From the NCBI GenBank assembly GCA_040389365.1, contig JAZKAB010000003.1, positions 7,357 through 71,356 on the forward strand: a stretch of DNA of 64,000 nt, in the 5' to 3' direction. Below are positions 38,748 through 47,222 of the stretch, in pieces. Position 1 is the stretch's first letter. Each line of letters begins with the position of its first letter. The position numbers and the translations under genes are program-made. The notes under the pieces are model-generated. The model was given only the letters and a program-made list of their open reading frames with translations. It was not told the DNA's origin and searched no databases. The DNA comes from Patescibacteria group bacterium. Its GTDB lineage: Bacteria; Patescibacteriota; Minisyncoccia; Phycocordibacterales; UBA9973.

Positions 38748-39095
38748 TTGTCTGTCATGCTGAACTTTAAAGAAGGTACAAAGAAAGGAGCGGTTAAGTA
38801 TTGGCATGCATATGACGGTGATAAAAGAATAGGATATGCGTACATTATTGAAAGTCAGGATCCTAATTTGGGAAAATATTTTTTAATAAATGTGTTTATG
38901 AATAAAACAAGTCAGAGAAAGGGATACGGTTCTCAATTGTTCAGCCGCATAGCTATTCTTAGTGGTTTAAATATGCTGTATGCAAAAAGCAGCAAATCAA
39001 ATACAGGATCTTATAAGGCTGCGTTAAAAGCAGGTTATAGTGAGATTATAAAGCACGCGTTTAAGCAGCGAGTGATGATATGGAAGAAAAACTAA
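38748..39095 (+). CDS. GNAT-like acetyltransferase fragment (C-terminal half only), 115 aa
   Basis: Motif A-like QRKGYGSQLF. Paralogous to the downstream frameshifted copy (shared AYDGDKxxGY). AT-rich. Confidence 0.4.
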   Translation: MSVMLNFKEGTKKGAVKYWHAYDGDKRIGYAYIIESQDPNLGKYFLINVFMNKTSQRKGYGSQLFSRIAILSGLNMLYAKSSKSNTGSYKAALKAGYSEIIKHAFKQRVMIWKKN

Positions 39096-39106
39096 TACCT
39101 ATGATT

Positions 39107-39742
39107 ATAAAAAGGCTAGACAGTCTTGAAAAAATAGAGAATGTAATTGAACAGATGAAACCTGTTGCAACTTTCATGTCGAATCCAGTAATTATTGATA
39201 ATTTCTTATGCTTAAAGATGGTGATATAAGAAGGAAATATTATTCTGCGGAACGTAATAATATTCAGCTGACCATACGTGATTTTTGCGACAAAGATACA
39301 GAAAAATTAGAATTATTTTGGAAGGAGTGGTCAGAGTATAAATCAACTACAAATGAAAAATTTGTCTCACATACTAAAAATGACCAACGCTTTTTTGATT
39401 GAAATTATTCAAATCATTTTTTTTGGAAAGTGTGCCTATGATGGTGACAAGCTGGTAGGGTACACAATTGGAATTAAGAGTGAAGACGGATTGTGCCTCG
39501 GTGCTTTTAATAAGTGTCTGCGTGGGTATACACAATTAGGATTACAGCTTTTTATAGAAAGAATTAAGCAGGCAAAAATGTTAGGTTTCAAAAGAATTTC
39601 TATTGCAATTGTCAACAATGATTTTAAGAAACAATTTAAGAAAAGCGGTGAATATATCCCGATATATGGATATGAACTATATAGAGATGATGATTTTAAA
39701 ACGCTAAGTCCTAATGGCTATACGTCTGTATTGATAAGATAG
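39107..39742 (+). pseudogene. frameshifted GNAT-like acetyltransferase gene (three overlapping frame pieces)
   Basis: Pieces 39107..39238, 39208..39402 and 39353..39742 together would give a ~210-aa GNAT. The frame changes coincide with T6/T8 homopolymer runs (cattttttttgg). Confidence 0.4.
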
Positions 39743-39818
39743 AGCGATCGTCTTTTAATCAAGAATACACATATTTGATTTTATTTAAATATGTGCTATA
39801 ATAATAAAAAATTAAAAG

Positions 39819-40286
39819 ATGAATACAATAGAAATTATTAACAAAGCAGTTCTAACTGAACAGGTGCTTCTACATGGAAGCCCTAAGGTTATAGATGAAA
39901 TTCATCCTCATTATGCTGATGATGAGATGGCAGTTTGCGCTACCCCTTACTCTGAAATCGCAATCTTCATGGCAATTATTAATTCATGCAGACCGGGTAA
40001 TTGTGGTTTTAAATCCACCATTACATCGAAAAAATGTTTTGTGGAATTCATGATTTGCGACCGCATAATTGCTTCATTGCTTTCAAAAGAAGTGGTGGGG
40101 TATGTATATGCGCTTGATTCGCGTGGATTTAGCCTGTGGCGGGGATTTGAATACCGTTCATATGAGCCGCTATACTCGTTGCAAAGATTTACAGTCAAAA
40201 AGGAAAATCTTCCATTTTATCCAATTTTAGGACAGAACACTTATACTGTTACCCTGAAGAGAGAAATGGCAGCTATGTTTAACTAA
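39819..40286 (+). CDS. hypothetical protein, 155 aa (AT-rich islet)
   Basis: Intact ORF with low-GC codon usage. No motif. Confidence 0.4.
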   Translation: MNTIEIINKAVLTEQVLLHGSPKVIDEIHPHYADDEMAVCATPYSEIAIFMAIINSCRPGNCGFKSTITSKKCFVEFMICDRIIASLLSKEVVGYVYALDSRGFSLWRGFEYRSYEPLYSLQRFTVKKENLPFYPILGQNTYTVTLKREMAAMFN

Positions 40287-40287
40287 T

Positions 40288-40318
40288 TAAAAGCCCCTTG
40301 CAAAAGGGCTTTTTTTAT
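40288..40318 (+). terminator. rho-independent terminator AAAAGCCCCTTGCAAAAGGGCTTTTTTT
   Basis: Hairpin plus T-run. Confidence 0.65.
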
Positions 40319-40339
40319 TTCCCAATATCTAGTACTATA

Positions 40340-40548
40340 CAAATACCAATGAACCAGCCGACACTGGGGAGGCGGGGAAGAAAATCCTTCGGGATCGTAG
40401 AACCTCACGGAAGCGCAAGCTTGGTGCACCGCATGCACAGAAAGAGTAAAAAGTAGGGTGGTACCGCGTTTCAGAAAAGAATCGCCCCTGCGAGCTTATT
40501 ATTTATTTATAAGTTCGAAGAGGCGATTTTTGTCTTTTCGGCTCACAC
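40340..40548 (+). ncRNA. T-box riboswitch leader for the downstream aaRS gene
   Basis: Conserved T-box sequence AGGGTGGTACCGCG at ~40455..40468. Followed by a terminator hairpin (AATCGCC...GGCGATTTTTGTCTTTTC) directly upstream of ATG 40552. A TACTAT -10 sits upstream. Confidence 0.65.
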
Positions 40549-40551
40549 ACC

Positions 40552-41844
40552 ATGATACAAAGAACATACATAAAAGATATTCCAAGTCTTGCAGGACAAG
40601 AGGCAACTGTTGTTGGCTTTGCTCAGACTATTCGCGCACAAAGCAAAATTGCATTTTTGATCGTCCGCGACGTAACCGGCATTTTGCAGACTGTAATAAC
40701 AATCGAGCAGCCTGAAGCCTTTGAGATCGCAAAGGAGCTTTCAACTGAATCGGTTGTGAAGGTAACAGGATTGGTAAAGGAGGCAAAGCAGGCGCCTGGC
40801 GGCTTTGAAATTGAAGTCACCAAGATGGAAGTGCTGTCAGTTGCAGATGCCATGCTGCCTATTCCAATCGTCGAGAAGAAGGGCGGGGAAGAAACAGAAG
40901 CGCCGATCCGATTTGATTATCGATGGCTCGACTTGCGCAAGCAGGACAAGCTGCAGATTTTCAAGGTTTGGACTGAGCTTGAAAAGGGCTTTCGCGAATA
41001 TTGGGACAAGAACAACTTCCTAGAAATCTATACGCCTTCATTCATGTCAACGCCATCTGAAACAGGGGCTGAAGTGTTTGAGGTTAATTACTTTGACCGC
41101 AAGGCATACCTGGCGCAGTCACCGCAGTTCTACAAGCAGATGGCCATGGCTTCAGGCTTTGAAAAAGTATTTATTGCAGGGCCAGTATTTCGAGCTGAAT
41201 TGTCATTTACCACTCGCCATCTTACCGAATTTACCGGCTGGGACTTCGAAATGTCATATATCGAATCGCACCATGACCTGATGGATGCAGAAGAGGCAAT
41301 GATCATTTCTGGCTTCACCCGTCTTGCTGCAAAGTTTCCTGAATTGAACATTATCGTTCCTGCATCTCCGTTCCCTCGAATCACTATGGTTGAGGCGAAG
41401 AAGATTCTGGCAGAACGAGGCACGCCAAGCCCTGAAGAGCATGACTTGTCTCCTGAAGAAGAGCGCGCTATCAGCGAGTATGTGCAGGAAACATTCAATC
41501 ATGAATTCGTCTTCATCACCGAATACCATGTATCGAAGAGCGCCTTCTATCACATGCGTACAGAAGATGGCCGCGGCAAGCGTGCCGACTTGCTGTACAA
41601 GGGCATTGAGGTGACAACGCTGGCTCAGCGCGAGCACCGCATCGATATCCTTGAAAAGCAGGCGCTTGAGAAGGGCATGTCGCTTGAGGCGTTGAAAGAC
41701 TATCTGAACTTCTTCCGCTGGGGCTGCCCGCCGCACGGAGGAGCAGGCATTGGTCCTGGAAGATTCATTATGAAAATTCTTGACCTGCCAAACGTGCGCG
41801 AGGCAACATACTTGCCGCGCGACGTGAAGCGCTTGAATCCATAA
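40552..41844 (+). CDS. aspS: class IIb aspartate/asparagine--tRNA ligase (430 aa; AsnRS or archaeal-type AspRS)
   Basis: OB anticodon-binding N-terminus, motif 2 (FRAE), motif 3 (GCPPHGGAGIGPGR). T-box-controlled. Confidence 0.8.
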   Translation: MIQRTYIKDIPSLAGQEATVVGFAQTIRAQSKIAFLIVRDVTGILQTVITIEQPEAFEIAKELSTESVVKVTGLVKEAKQAPGGFEIEVTKMEVLSVADAMLPIPIVEKKGGEETEAPIRFDYRWLDLRKQDKLQIFKVWTELEKGFREYWDKNNFLEIYTPSFMSTPSETGAEVFEVNYFDRKAYLAQSPQFYKQMAMASGFEKVFIAGPVFRAELSFTTRHLTEFTGWDFEMSYIESHHDLMDAEEAMIISGFTRLAAKFPELNIIVPASPFPRITMVEAKKILAERGTPSPEEHDLSPEEERAISEYVQETFNHEFVFITEYHVSKSAFYHMRTEDGRGKRADLLYKGIEVTTLAQREHRIDILEKQALEKGMSLEALKDYLNFFRWGCPPHGGAGIGPGRFIMKILDLPNVREATYLPRDVKRLNP

Positions 41845-41852
41845 GTTTGAGA

Positions 41853-41880
41853 AAAACGCCCAAGTCTGGGCGTTTTTCTT
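41853..41880 (+). terminator. rho-independent terminator AAAAACGCCCAAGTCTGGGCGTTTTTC
   Basis: Hairpin plus T-run. Confidence 0.65.
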
Positions 41881-41915
41881 TTAATACTGTTCCAAAAAGG
41901 CTATAATTACGCCAC

Positions 41916-42692
41916 ATGGAAACTGAAACCGTATTTAAGGTTAAGCAGGAGGCATTTGAGGGGCCTGTTGAAGTGCTGCTTGAGCTGATTGAAAAGCGAA
42001 AGCTGTTCGTTAACGACGTATCGCTCGCTGCGGTAACTGACGACTTTATCCAGTACATGCAGGCAGTCGGCATGCAGGCGGGGGAGACAGCTAACTTTCT
42101 GGCGGTGGCCGCGACGCTTATTCTTATCAAAGCCAGGTCATTGCTACCCAATCTTGAGCTGACCCCTGAGGAAACTGAATCAATTACCAATCTTGAGCGC
42201 CGCGTAGCGCTGTATCAGGTTATTAGTCACATCTCAGCTGAGCTGATCAAAGGGTATGGCAAGAAAGTATCGTTTGAGGGCGTGCGTCGCTTAACGGGTG
42301 TTGTATTTGCTCCTGACGAAAAGCTGACGCTCGCAATGCTGCCGTCTCTTATTGGCGACATGCAGCGCCGCGTGCCCCCAGTTGAGCAAAAGAAGCCGGA
42401 GGCGCGCGTATACAAGACGATTTCAATCTCAGAAGTATTGAATACGCTGCAAGAGCGCATTGAGCGCGCTATGTCGACAAGCTTCAATGCTATTCGCGTT
42501 GCCTCGCCTGATATGGATGAACGCAGCCAGAAGGTCTACACTATCGTCTCATTTCTTGGTATGCTAGAGCTAGTTCGCCGGGGGCTTATTGCTGCAGAGC
42601 AAAACGAGCTGTTTGAAGACATTACGCTGCAGAAGAATGCTGATGCTGTCATTGATCAAAACGCCCCTGTGCCTGAAACACTGTATGAATAA
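41916..42692 (+). CDS. scpA: segregation and condensation protein A (kleisin)
   Basis: ScpA N-terminal block (FEGPVEVLLELIEKRKL..VSLAAVTDDF). TATAAT 7 nt upstream of the ATG. Confidence 0.75.
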   Translation: METETVFKVKQEAFEGPVEVLLELIEKRKLFVNDVSLAAVTDDFIQYMQAVGMQAGETANFLAVAATLILIKARSLLPNLELTPEETESITNLERRVALYQVISHISAELIKGYGKKVSFEGVRRLTGVVFAPDEKLTLAMLPSLIGDMQRRVPPVEQKKPEARVYKTISISEVLNTLQERIERAMSTSFNAIRVASPDMDERSQKVYTIVSFLGMLELVRRGLIAAEQNELFEDITLQKNADAVIDQNAPVPETLYE

Positions 42693-43218
42693 TTCACTAC
42701 CCCAGACAATCGAAAGCATTCTTTTTGCAACAGCAGATGCGTACAGCATTGCGGCACTTGCAAAGCTTTTGAGCGTATCGAATGAAGAGATTGAGGCGGC
42801 AATAGAAATGCTGACGGCATCATTACAAGACCATGCCATGATGGTCGTGCGCCAGGGCGATACCGTTACGCTTGCGACTCGTCCTGAGCATAGCGCTATT
42901 CTTGAAACATTACGAAAGGAAGAATTGCAGAAAGACTTGAGCAAGGCCAGTGCAGAAACGCTTGCAGTTATCGTATACAAGCCTGGGGCAACCAAGGCAG
43001 AGATTGAGCTTGTGCGAGGCGTGAATGCGTCGTATTCATTGCGTGCATTGCAAATCAGAGGCCTTATCGAAACAAAGCCTGCAGGCAGAAGCGTTGGCTA
43101 TTATCCAACGCTTGCACTGCTTGAGTCATATGGCGTATCAGAAGCTGCCGCGTTGCCACAGTATGCTGAGACAGTGCAAAAAATCGCTACGTTATTAGAT
43201 CAGGCGTTAGAGCAATAG
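42685..43218 (+). CDS. scpB: segregation and condensation protein B
   Basis: Tandem wHTH ScpB (IESILFATADAYSIAALAKLL.., AEIELVRGVNASYSLRALQIRGLI). ATGAATAA overlap with the scpA stop. Confidence 0.75.
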   Translation: MNNSLPQTIESILFATADAYSIAALAKLLSVSNEEIEAAIEMLTASLQDHAMMVVRQGDTVTLATRPEHSAILETLRKEELQKDLSKASAETLAVIVYKPGATKAEIELVRGVNASYSLRALQIRGLIETKPAGRSVGYYPTLALLESYGVSEAAALPQYAETVQKIATLLDQALEQ

Positions 43219-43219
43219 C

Positions 43220-44284
43220 ATGTTAGACGCAGTTAAAATTTTTCTCCCAACGACACTGGTATTTATTATTGGCATACTTATTACGCCAACCCTTACCAGT
43301 ATCATGTACAAGCGCAAGCTGTGGAAGAAGAACAATCGCGCTCAGGAGTCTGATATAACAAATAAGGATTTTGCAAACGTGCATGACGGCGCTGCAGAGA
43401 TTGCAACGCCGCGCGTTGGCGGCGTCATTATCTGGCTGTCGGTATTGCTGTGTATTTCTGTGATGTGGGTTATTTCAAAAGCCTTTCCTTCTGACTTGTC
43501 GCAGAAGCTTGATTTCTTTAGCAAGAACCAGACATTGGTGCCATTGGCGGCATTGCTGTTAGGCTCATGGATTGGGCTGGCAGACGACTTGTTTCAGGTG
43601 AAGGGCACGATAGGAGACAGCTCAAGCGATGTCTTGAGCAATCGCTGGGTAAAAATTGGCATGATTGTAGCTATTGGCGTAACGGTGGGCGCATGGTTTT
43701 ATTTCAAGCTGGGTGTCAGCGGCATTGTTATTCCTTTTACTCACACCATCTTCAGCTTTGGCTGGCTGTTTATTCCATTCTTTATTCTTATCCTGCTCGG
43801 CGTTTTTTCAACATCCGTGATTGACGGGCTTGATGGCCTGGCAGGCGGCGTGCTCGCAATCGTCTTTGCAGCCTATGCAGTTATCGGCGCAGTGCAGCAC
43901 CAGGTTGATATTGCGGCCCTCTGCGGCGTTATCTCAGGGGGCATATTGGCCTTTCTGTGGTTCAATATTCCGCCTGCGCGGTTTTATATGGGAGAAACGG
44001 GCATGTTGGGCTTAACTGTTGTATTGACGGTTATTGCCTTTCTAACAAATACCGTATTGCTTTTGCCAATCATCGCACTGCCGCTCACTGCAACAACTGC
44101 CTCAGTTATTATTCAAATTGTCGGATACAAGTACTTCGGCCATCGTCGCGTATTCAAGATTGCGCCGCTGCATCATCATTTTCGCGCTATGGGCTGGTCA
44201 AAGGAAAAGGTTGTCATGCGATACTGGGTCGTATCGATCATTGCTGCAATTGTTGGCGTCGTATTAGTGATTCTGAGCCAATAG
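43220..44284 (+). CDS. mraY: phospho-N-acetylmuramoyl-pentapeptide transferase MraY
   Basis: 10-TM layout with GLADDLFQVKG and IDGLDGLAGG Asp-rich motifs. Confidence 0.8.
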   Translation: MLDAVKIFLPTTLVFIIGILITPTLTSIMYKRKLWKKNNRAQESDITNKDFANVHDGAAEIATPRVGGVIIWLSVLLCISVMWVISKAFPSDLSQKLDFFSKNQTLVPLAALLLGSWIGLADDLFQVKGTIGDSSSDVLSNRWVKIGMIVAIGVTVGAWFYFKLGVSGIVIPFTHTIFSFGWLFIPFFILILLGVFSTSVIDGLDGLAGGVLAIVFAAYAVIGAVQHQVDIAALCGVISGGILAFLWFNIPPARFYMGETGMLGLTVVLTVIAFLTNTVLLLPIIALPLTATTASVIIQIVGYKYFGHRRVFKIAPLHHHFRAMGWSKEKVVMRYWVVSIIAAIVGVVLVILSQ

Positions 44285-44285
44285 C

Positions 44286-45404
44286 ATGGTTGTTGTAAAG
44301 CCCAAACAATTTGATACGTACTTTTTCGGCATTGTTATTCTTATTACCCTGATCGGCATATTTTCATTCGTGTCTGCATCGCTTGGCATCTTGGCGCAAA
44401 GCGAAACGAAATTTTACGGCGTATTGTTCGGCCAGATTGTGCTTGGCTTTATCGGCGGCCTCGGCGCATTGTGGCTGGCGACAAAGATCCCGTATCACTT
44501 CTGGCGCAACTATGCATTTTTCATATTTATCATGACGCTTATCGTCACGCTTGCGGTATTCATACCAGGCCTCGGCTTTTCGCACGGCGGCGCTCGCCGC
44601 TGGATTTCAGTGCTTGGCGTATCGTTTCAGCCCGCAGAAGTGTTGAAGCTTGGATTTGTAACCTATTTTGCAGCCTGGCTTGCCTGGACCAGCAAGAAGG
44701 AGCAGGAATTCAAGTACAAGCTCTTGCCGCTTATTATCATGCTCAGCCTTGTTGCAGGCGTACTGCTCTTGCAGCCTGATACCAAGAGCCTTGTGCTTAT
44801 CACTGCAGCAGCCTGCAGCATGCTCTTTGTATCGGGGGTGTCATGGAAAAAGATCCTGGGCATTATCGGCGTTGGTCTTGTCGGCATTGTCATGCTGGCA
44901 TTTGCGCGCCCATATTTGATGAATCGCATCAAGACGTATATAAACCCTTCGGCAGATTCGCGCGGATCTTCATACCAGCTGCAGCAAGGTCTTATCGCAA
45001 TTGGCAGCGGCGGTATCTTTGGCCGAGGGCTGGGACAGAGCGTGCAGAAGTTTAACTATCTGCCTGAGCCTCAAGGCGACTCTATCTATGCCGTTATCGG
45101 AGAAGAGTTTGGCTTTATCGGCAGCGCACTGCTTGTTGTCCTGTATGTCTTTCTTTCTATCAGAGGGTTCAAAATTGCCATGCAGGCCAGAGACATGTTT
45201 GGCCAATACCTTGTTGTTGGCATTATTACGCTGCTGTTGGCGCAGTCGTTTCTAAATATGGCATCGCTTGTTGGCCTCTTTCCACTTACGGGAGTGCCGC
45301 TGGTATTTATCAGCCAAGGGGGAACCTCGCTTCTCATTGCACTGTTTGCTTCAGGCATGGTGTTGAACGTTTCGAGGTATCAGAAGAAATTGAAGGAGGA
45401 ATAA
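44286..45404 (+). CDS. ftsW: SEDS peptidoglycan glycosyltransferase FtsW/RodA
   Basis: 10-TM SEDS protein. Lies between mraY and murG. Confidence 0.8.
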   Translation: MVVVKPKQFDTYFFGIVILITLIGIFSFVSASLGILAQSETKFYGVLFGQIVLGFIGGLGALWLATKIPYHFWRNYAFFIFIMTLIVTLAVFIPGLGFSHGGARRWISVLGVSFQPAEVLKLGFVTYFAAWLAWTSKKEQEFKYKLLPLIIMLSLVAGVLLLQPDTKSLVLITAAACSMLFVSGVSWKKILGIIGVGLVGIVMLAFARPYLMNRIKTYINPSADSRGSSYQLQQGLIAIGSGGIFGRGLGQSVQKFNYLPEPQGDSIYAVIGEEFGFIGSALLVVLYVFLSIRGFKIAMQARDMFGQYLVVGIITLLLAQSFLNMASLVGLFPLTGVPLVFISQGGTSLLIALFASGMVLNVSRYQKKLKEE

Positions 45405-45407
45405 AAG

Positions 45408-45438
45408 AACCCGCTACGTATGTAGCGGGATTTTTTAA
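45408..45438. terminator. hairpin terminator AAGAACCCGCTACGTATGTAGCGGGATTTTTT
   Basis: Perfect hairpin plus T-run between ftsW and the convergent minus-strand gene. Confidence 0.6.
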
Positions 45439-45998
45439 TGAACAATGCGAAACTCCGTAGGCTTTCGGATAGAAAATATCGTGAGGACGGCACTAAAGCT
45501 CATTGTTGCGGCAGGGTATAGCCATTCTTCAACACTCGTATCCTTAGCAGCAAGAAGCGAAAGGAGGCTGGCAACTATAAACATGCAATATACTTTTGTT
45601 GCGCCCGGATCCGGACTAATGAATGTATCCCTCATTAGAGGATACGCCGATATCACTACTGCAGCAGTACTGGCAATAGTAGTTGCATTGTCTCCCATGA
45701 AATACCATACTATCAGGCAGATGCAGACTCCAACAGCGGTCACTGTATCCGTTAGTCCCCACGAGATTTCTTTCTTCACAAAAAGCAAAATGCTCATGGC
45801 AAGGGAAGTAAATACGTAGATCCCCGAAAGATAGTAATTGCCGTGTTGATTTATGATGGCAATAGTGGTAATGACATCCAGCATGGTCCAGAGGATCCAG
45901 GTTGAGAAATTCTGCTTCAATCCTTTCCAGACAGCGATAAAGAGGGGAATATTGGCAACTAGGCCAACAATTGCACCGAGTATTTTGAGTTTTTCCAT
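45435..45998 (-). CDS. hypothetical 6-TM membrane protein, 187 aa
   Basis: Hydrophobic throughout. Inserted on the opposite strand between ftsW and murG. Confidence 0.5.
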   Translation of the reverse strand: MEKLKILGAIVGLVANIPLFIAVWKGLKQNFSTWILWTMLDVITTIAIINQHGNYYLSGIYVFTSLAMSILLFVKKEISWGLTDTVTAVGVCICLIVWYFMGDNATTIASTAAVVISAYPLMRDTFISPDPGATKVYCMFIVASLLSLLAAKDTSVEEWLYPAATMSFSAVLTIFSIRKPTEFRIVH

Positions 45999-46088
45999 GT
46001 TAAATAATTTTTGATATTACATCATTTAAACGTTAAAAAGTCAACTCATATTGTGATTGCTGCTTAAAATAGCTACAATACATGCACT

Positions 46089-47222
46089 ATGAAAATCCTA
46101 TTGATTGGCGGGGGAACAGGCGGGCACTTCTATCCGCTCATTGCCATTGCTGAAGAGCTTAACCGAATCGCTGACGAAGAAAAGATTGCCAACTTCAAGC
46201 TCTATTTCATGTCTGATGCGCCATATAACACTAAAGAACTTGAAGAGCAGTTCATAACCTTTATTCCAATCACTGCCGGTAAGCTGCGCATCTATTTCTC
46301 ATGGCAGAACTTTATCGACATCTTCAAGACTGCATTCGGCACTATTAGCGCGATCTTCAAGCTCTTTAGCCTGTACCCTGACGTTATCATCAGCAAGGGC
46401 GGCTATGCTGCCTTCCCAACGCTTGTTGCCGCACGTATCTTGCGTATTCCAGTCATTATTCACGAGTCAGATACCGTGCCAGGCCGCGTAAACAAATGGT
46501 CAGGCAAGTTTGCCCGACGCATTGCCTTGTCATATCCGGAAGCAGCAAGCTTCTTTGACCAGAAAAGAGTGGCGGTGACTGGTCAGCCAGTGCGCAAGTC
46601 GGTTGCCTTTGTCGCTACAGAGGGCGCCAAGGCATTCTTTGAGCTTGATTCAACTATTCCTACTATCGGCATTACCGGCGGCTCTCTCGGCTCAAAGATT
46701 ATCAATGACAGCATTACAACTATAGCTTCTGAGCTCGTACAGCACTATCAGATTATTCATCAGACAGGCATCAAGAACTACGAAGAGGTAAAGACAGATG
46801 CTGCGGTATTGCTGGGTGACGATACCAAGCGAACTCGATATAAAATCTTTCCGTACTTTAACGACCTCCAGACAAAGATGTTCGGCGGCGCTTCAGACAT
46901 TATCATTTCTCGCGCCGGCTCAGCGTTGTTTGAAATTGCAGCCTGGGGCAAGCCCTCAATCATTATTCCGGGCAGCGCGGCAATATTTCATGGCGATCAC
47001 CAGCGCAAGAATGCCTATCATTATGCCCGCATTGGCGCATGCGTCGTGATTGAAGAGGCAAACCTCACTCCGTCAGTATTGAAGAGTGAAATCGACAACC
47101 TGCTGCAGCACAAAGACCATTACGACGCCATGGCAGCTCGCGCAAAGTCGTTTTATAACCCCGATGCGGCGCGCCTTATTGCCGCAGAAGCAATAACAAT
47201 CTCTTTAGAACATGAGCAATAG
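46089..47222 (+). CDS. murG: UDP-GlcNAc:lipid I GlcNAc transferase MurG
   Basis: MKILLIGGGTGGHFYPLIAIAEEL G-loop and the GT28 C-terminal domain. Confidence 0.85.
   Translation: MKILLIGGGTGGHFYPLIAIAEELNRIADEEKIANFKLYFMSDAPYNTKELEEQFITFIPITAGKLRIYFSWQNFIDIFKTAFGTISAIFKLFSLYPDVIISKGGYAAFPTLVAARILRIPVIIHESDTVPGRVNKWSGKFARRIALSYPEAASFFDQKRVAVTGQPVRKSVAFVATEGAKAFFELDSTIPTIGITGGSLGSKIINDSITTIASELVQHYQIIHQTGIKNYEEVKTDAAVLLGDDTKRTRYKIFPYFNDLQTKMFGGASDIIISRAGSALFEIAAWGKPSIIIPGSAAIFHGDHQRKNAYHYARIGACVVIEEANLTPSVLKSEIDNLLQHKDHYDAMAARAKSFYNPDAARLIAAEAITISLEHEQ

Noticed and set aside
41254-41736. 160-aa minus-strand ORF
   Set aside because: Antisense within the T-box-regulated aaRS gene.
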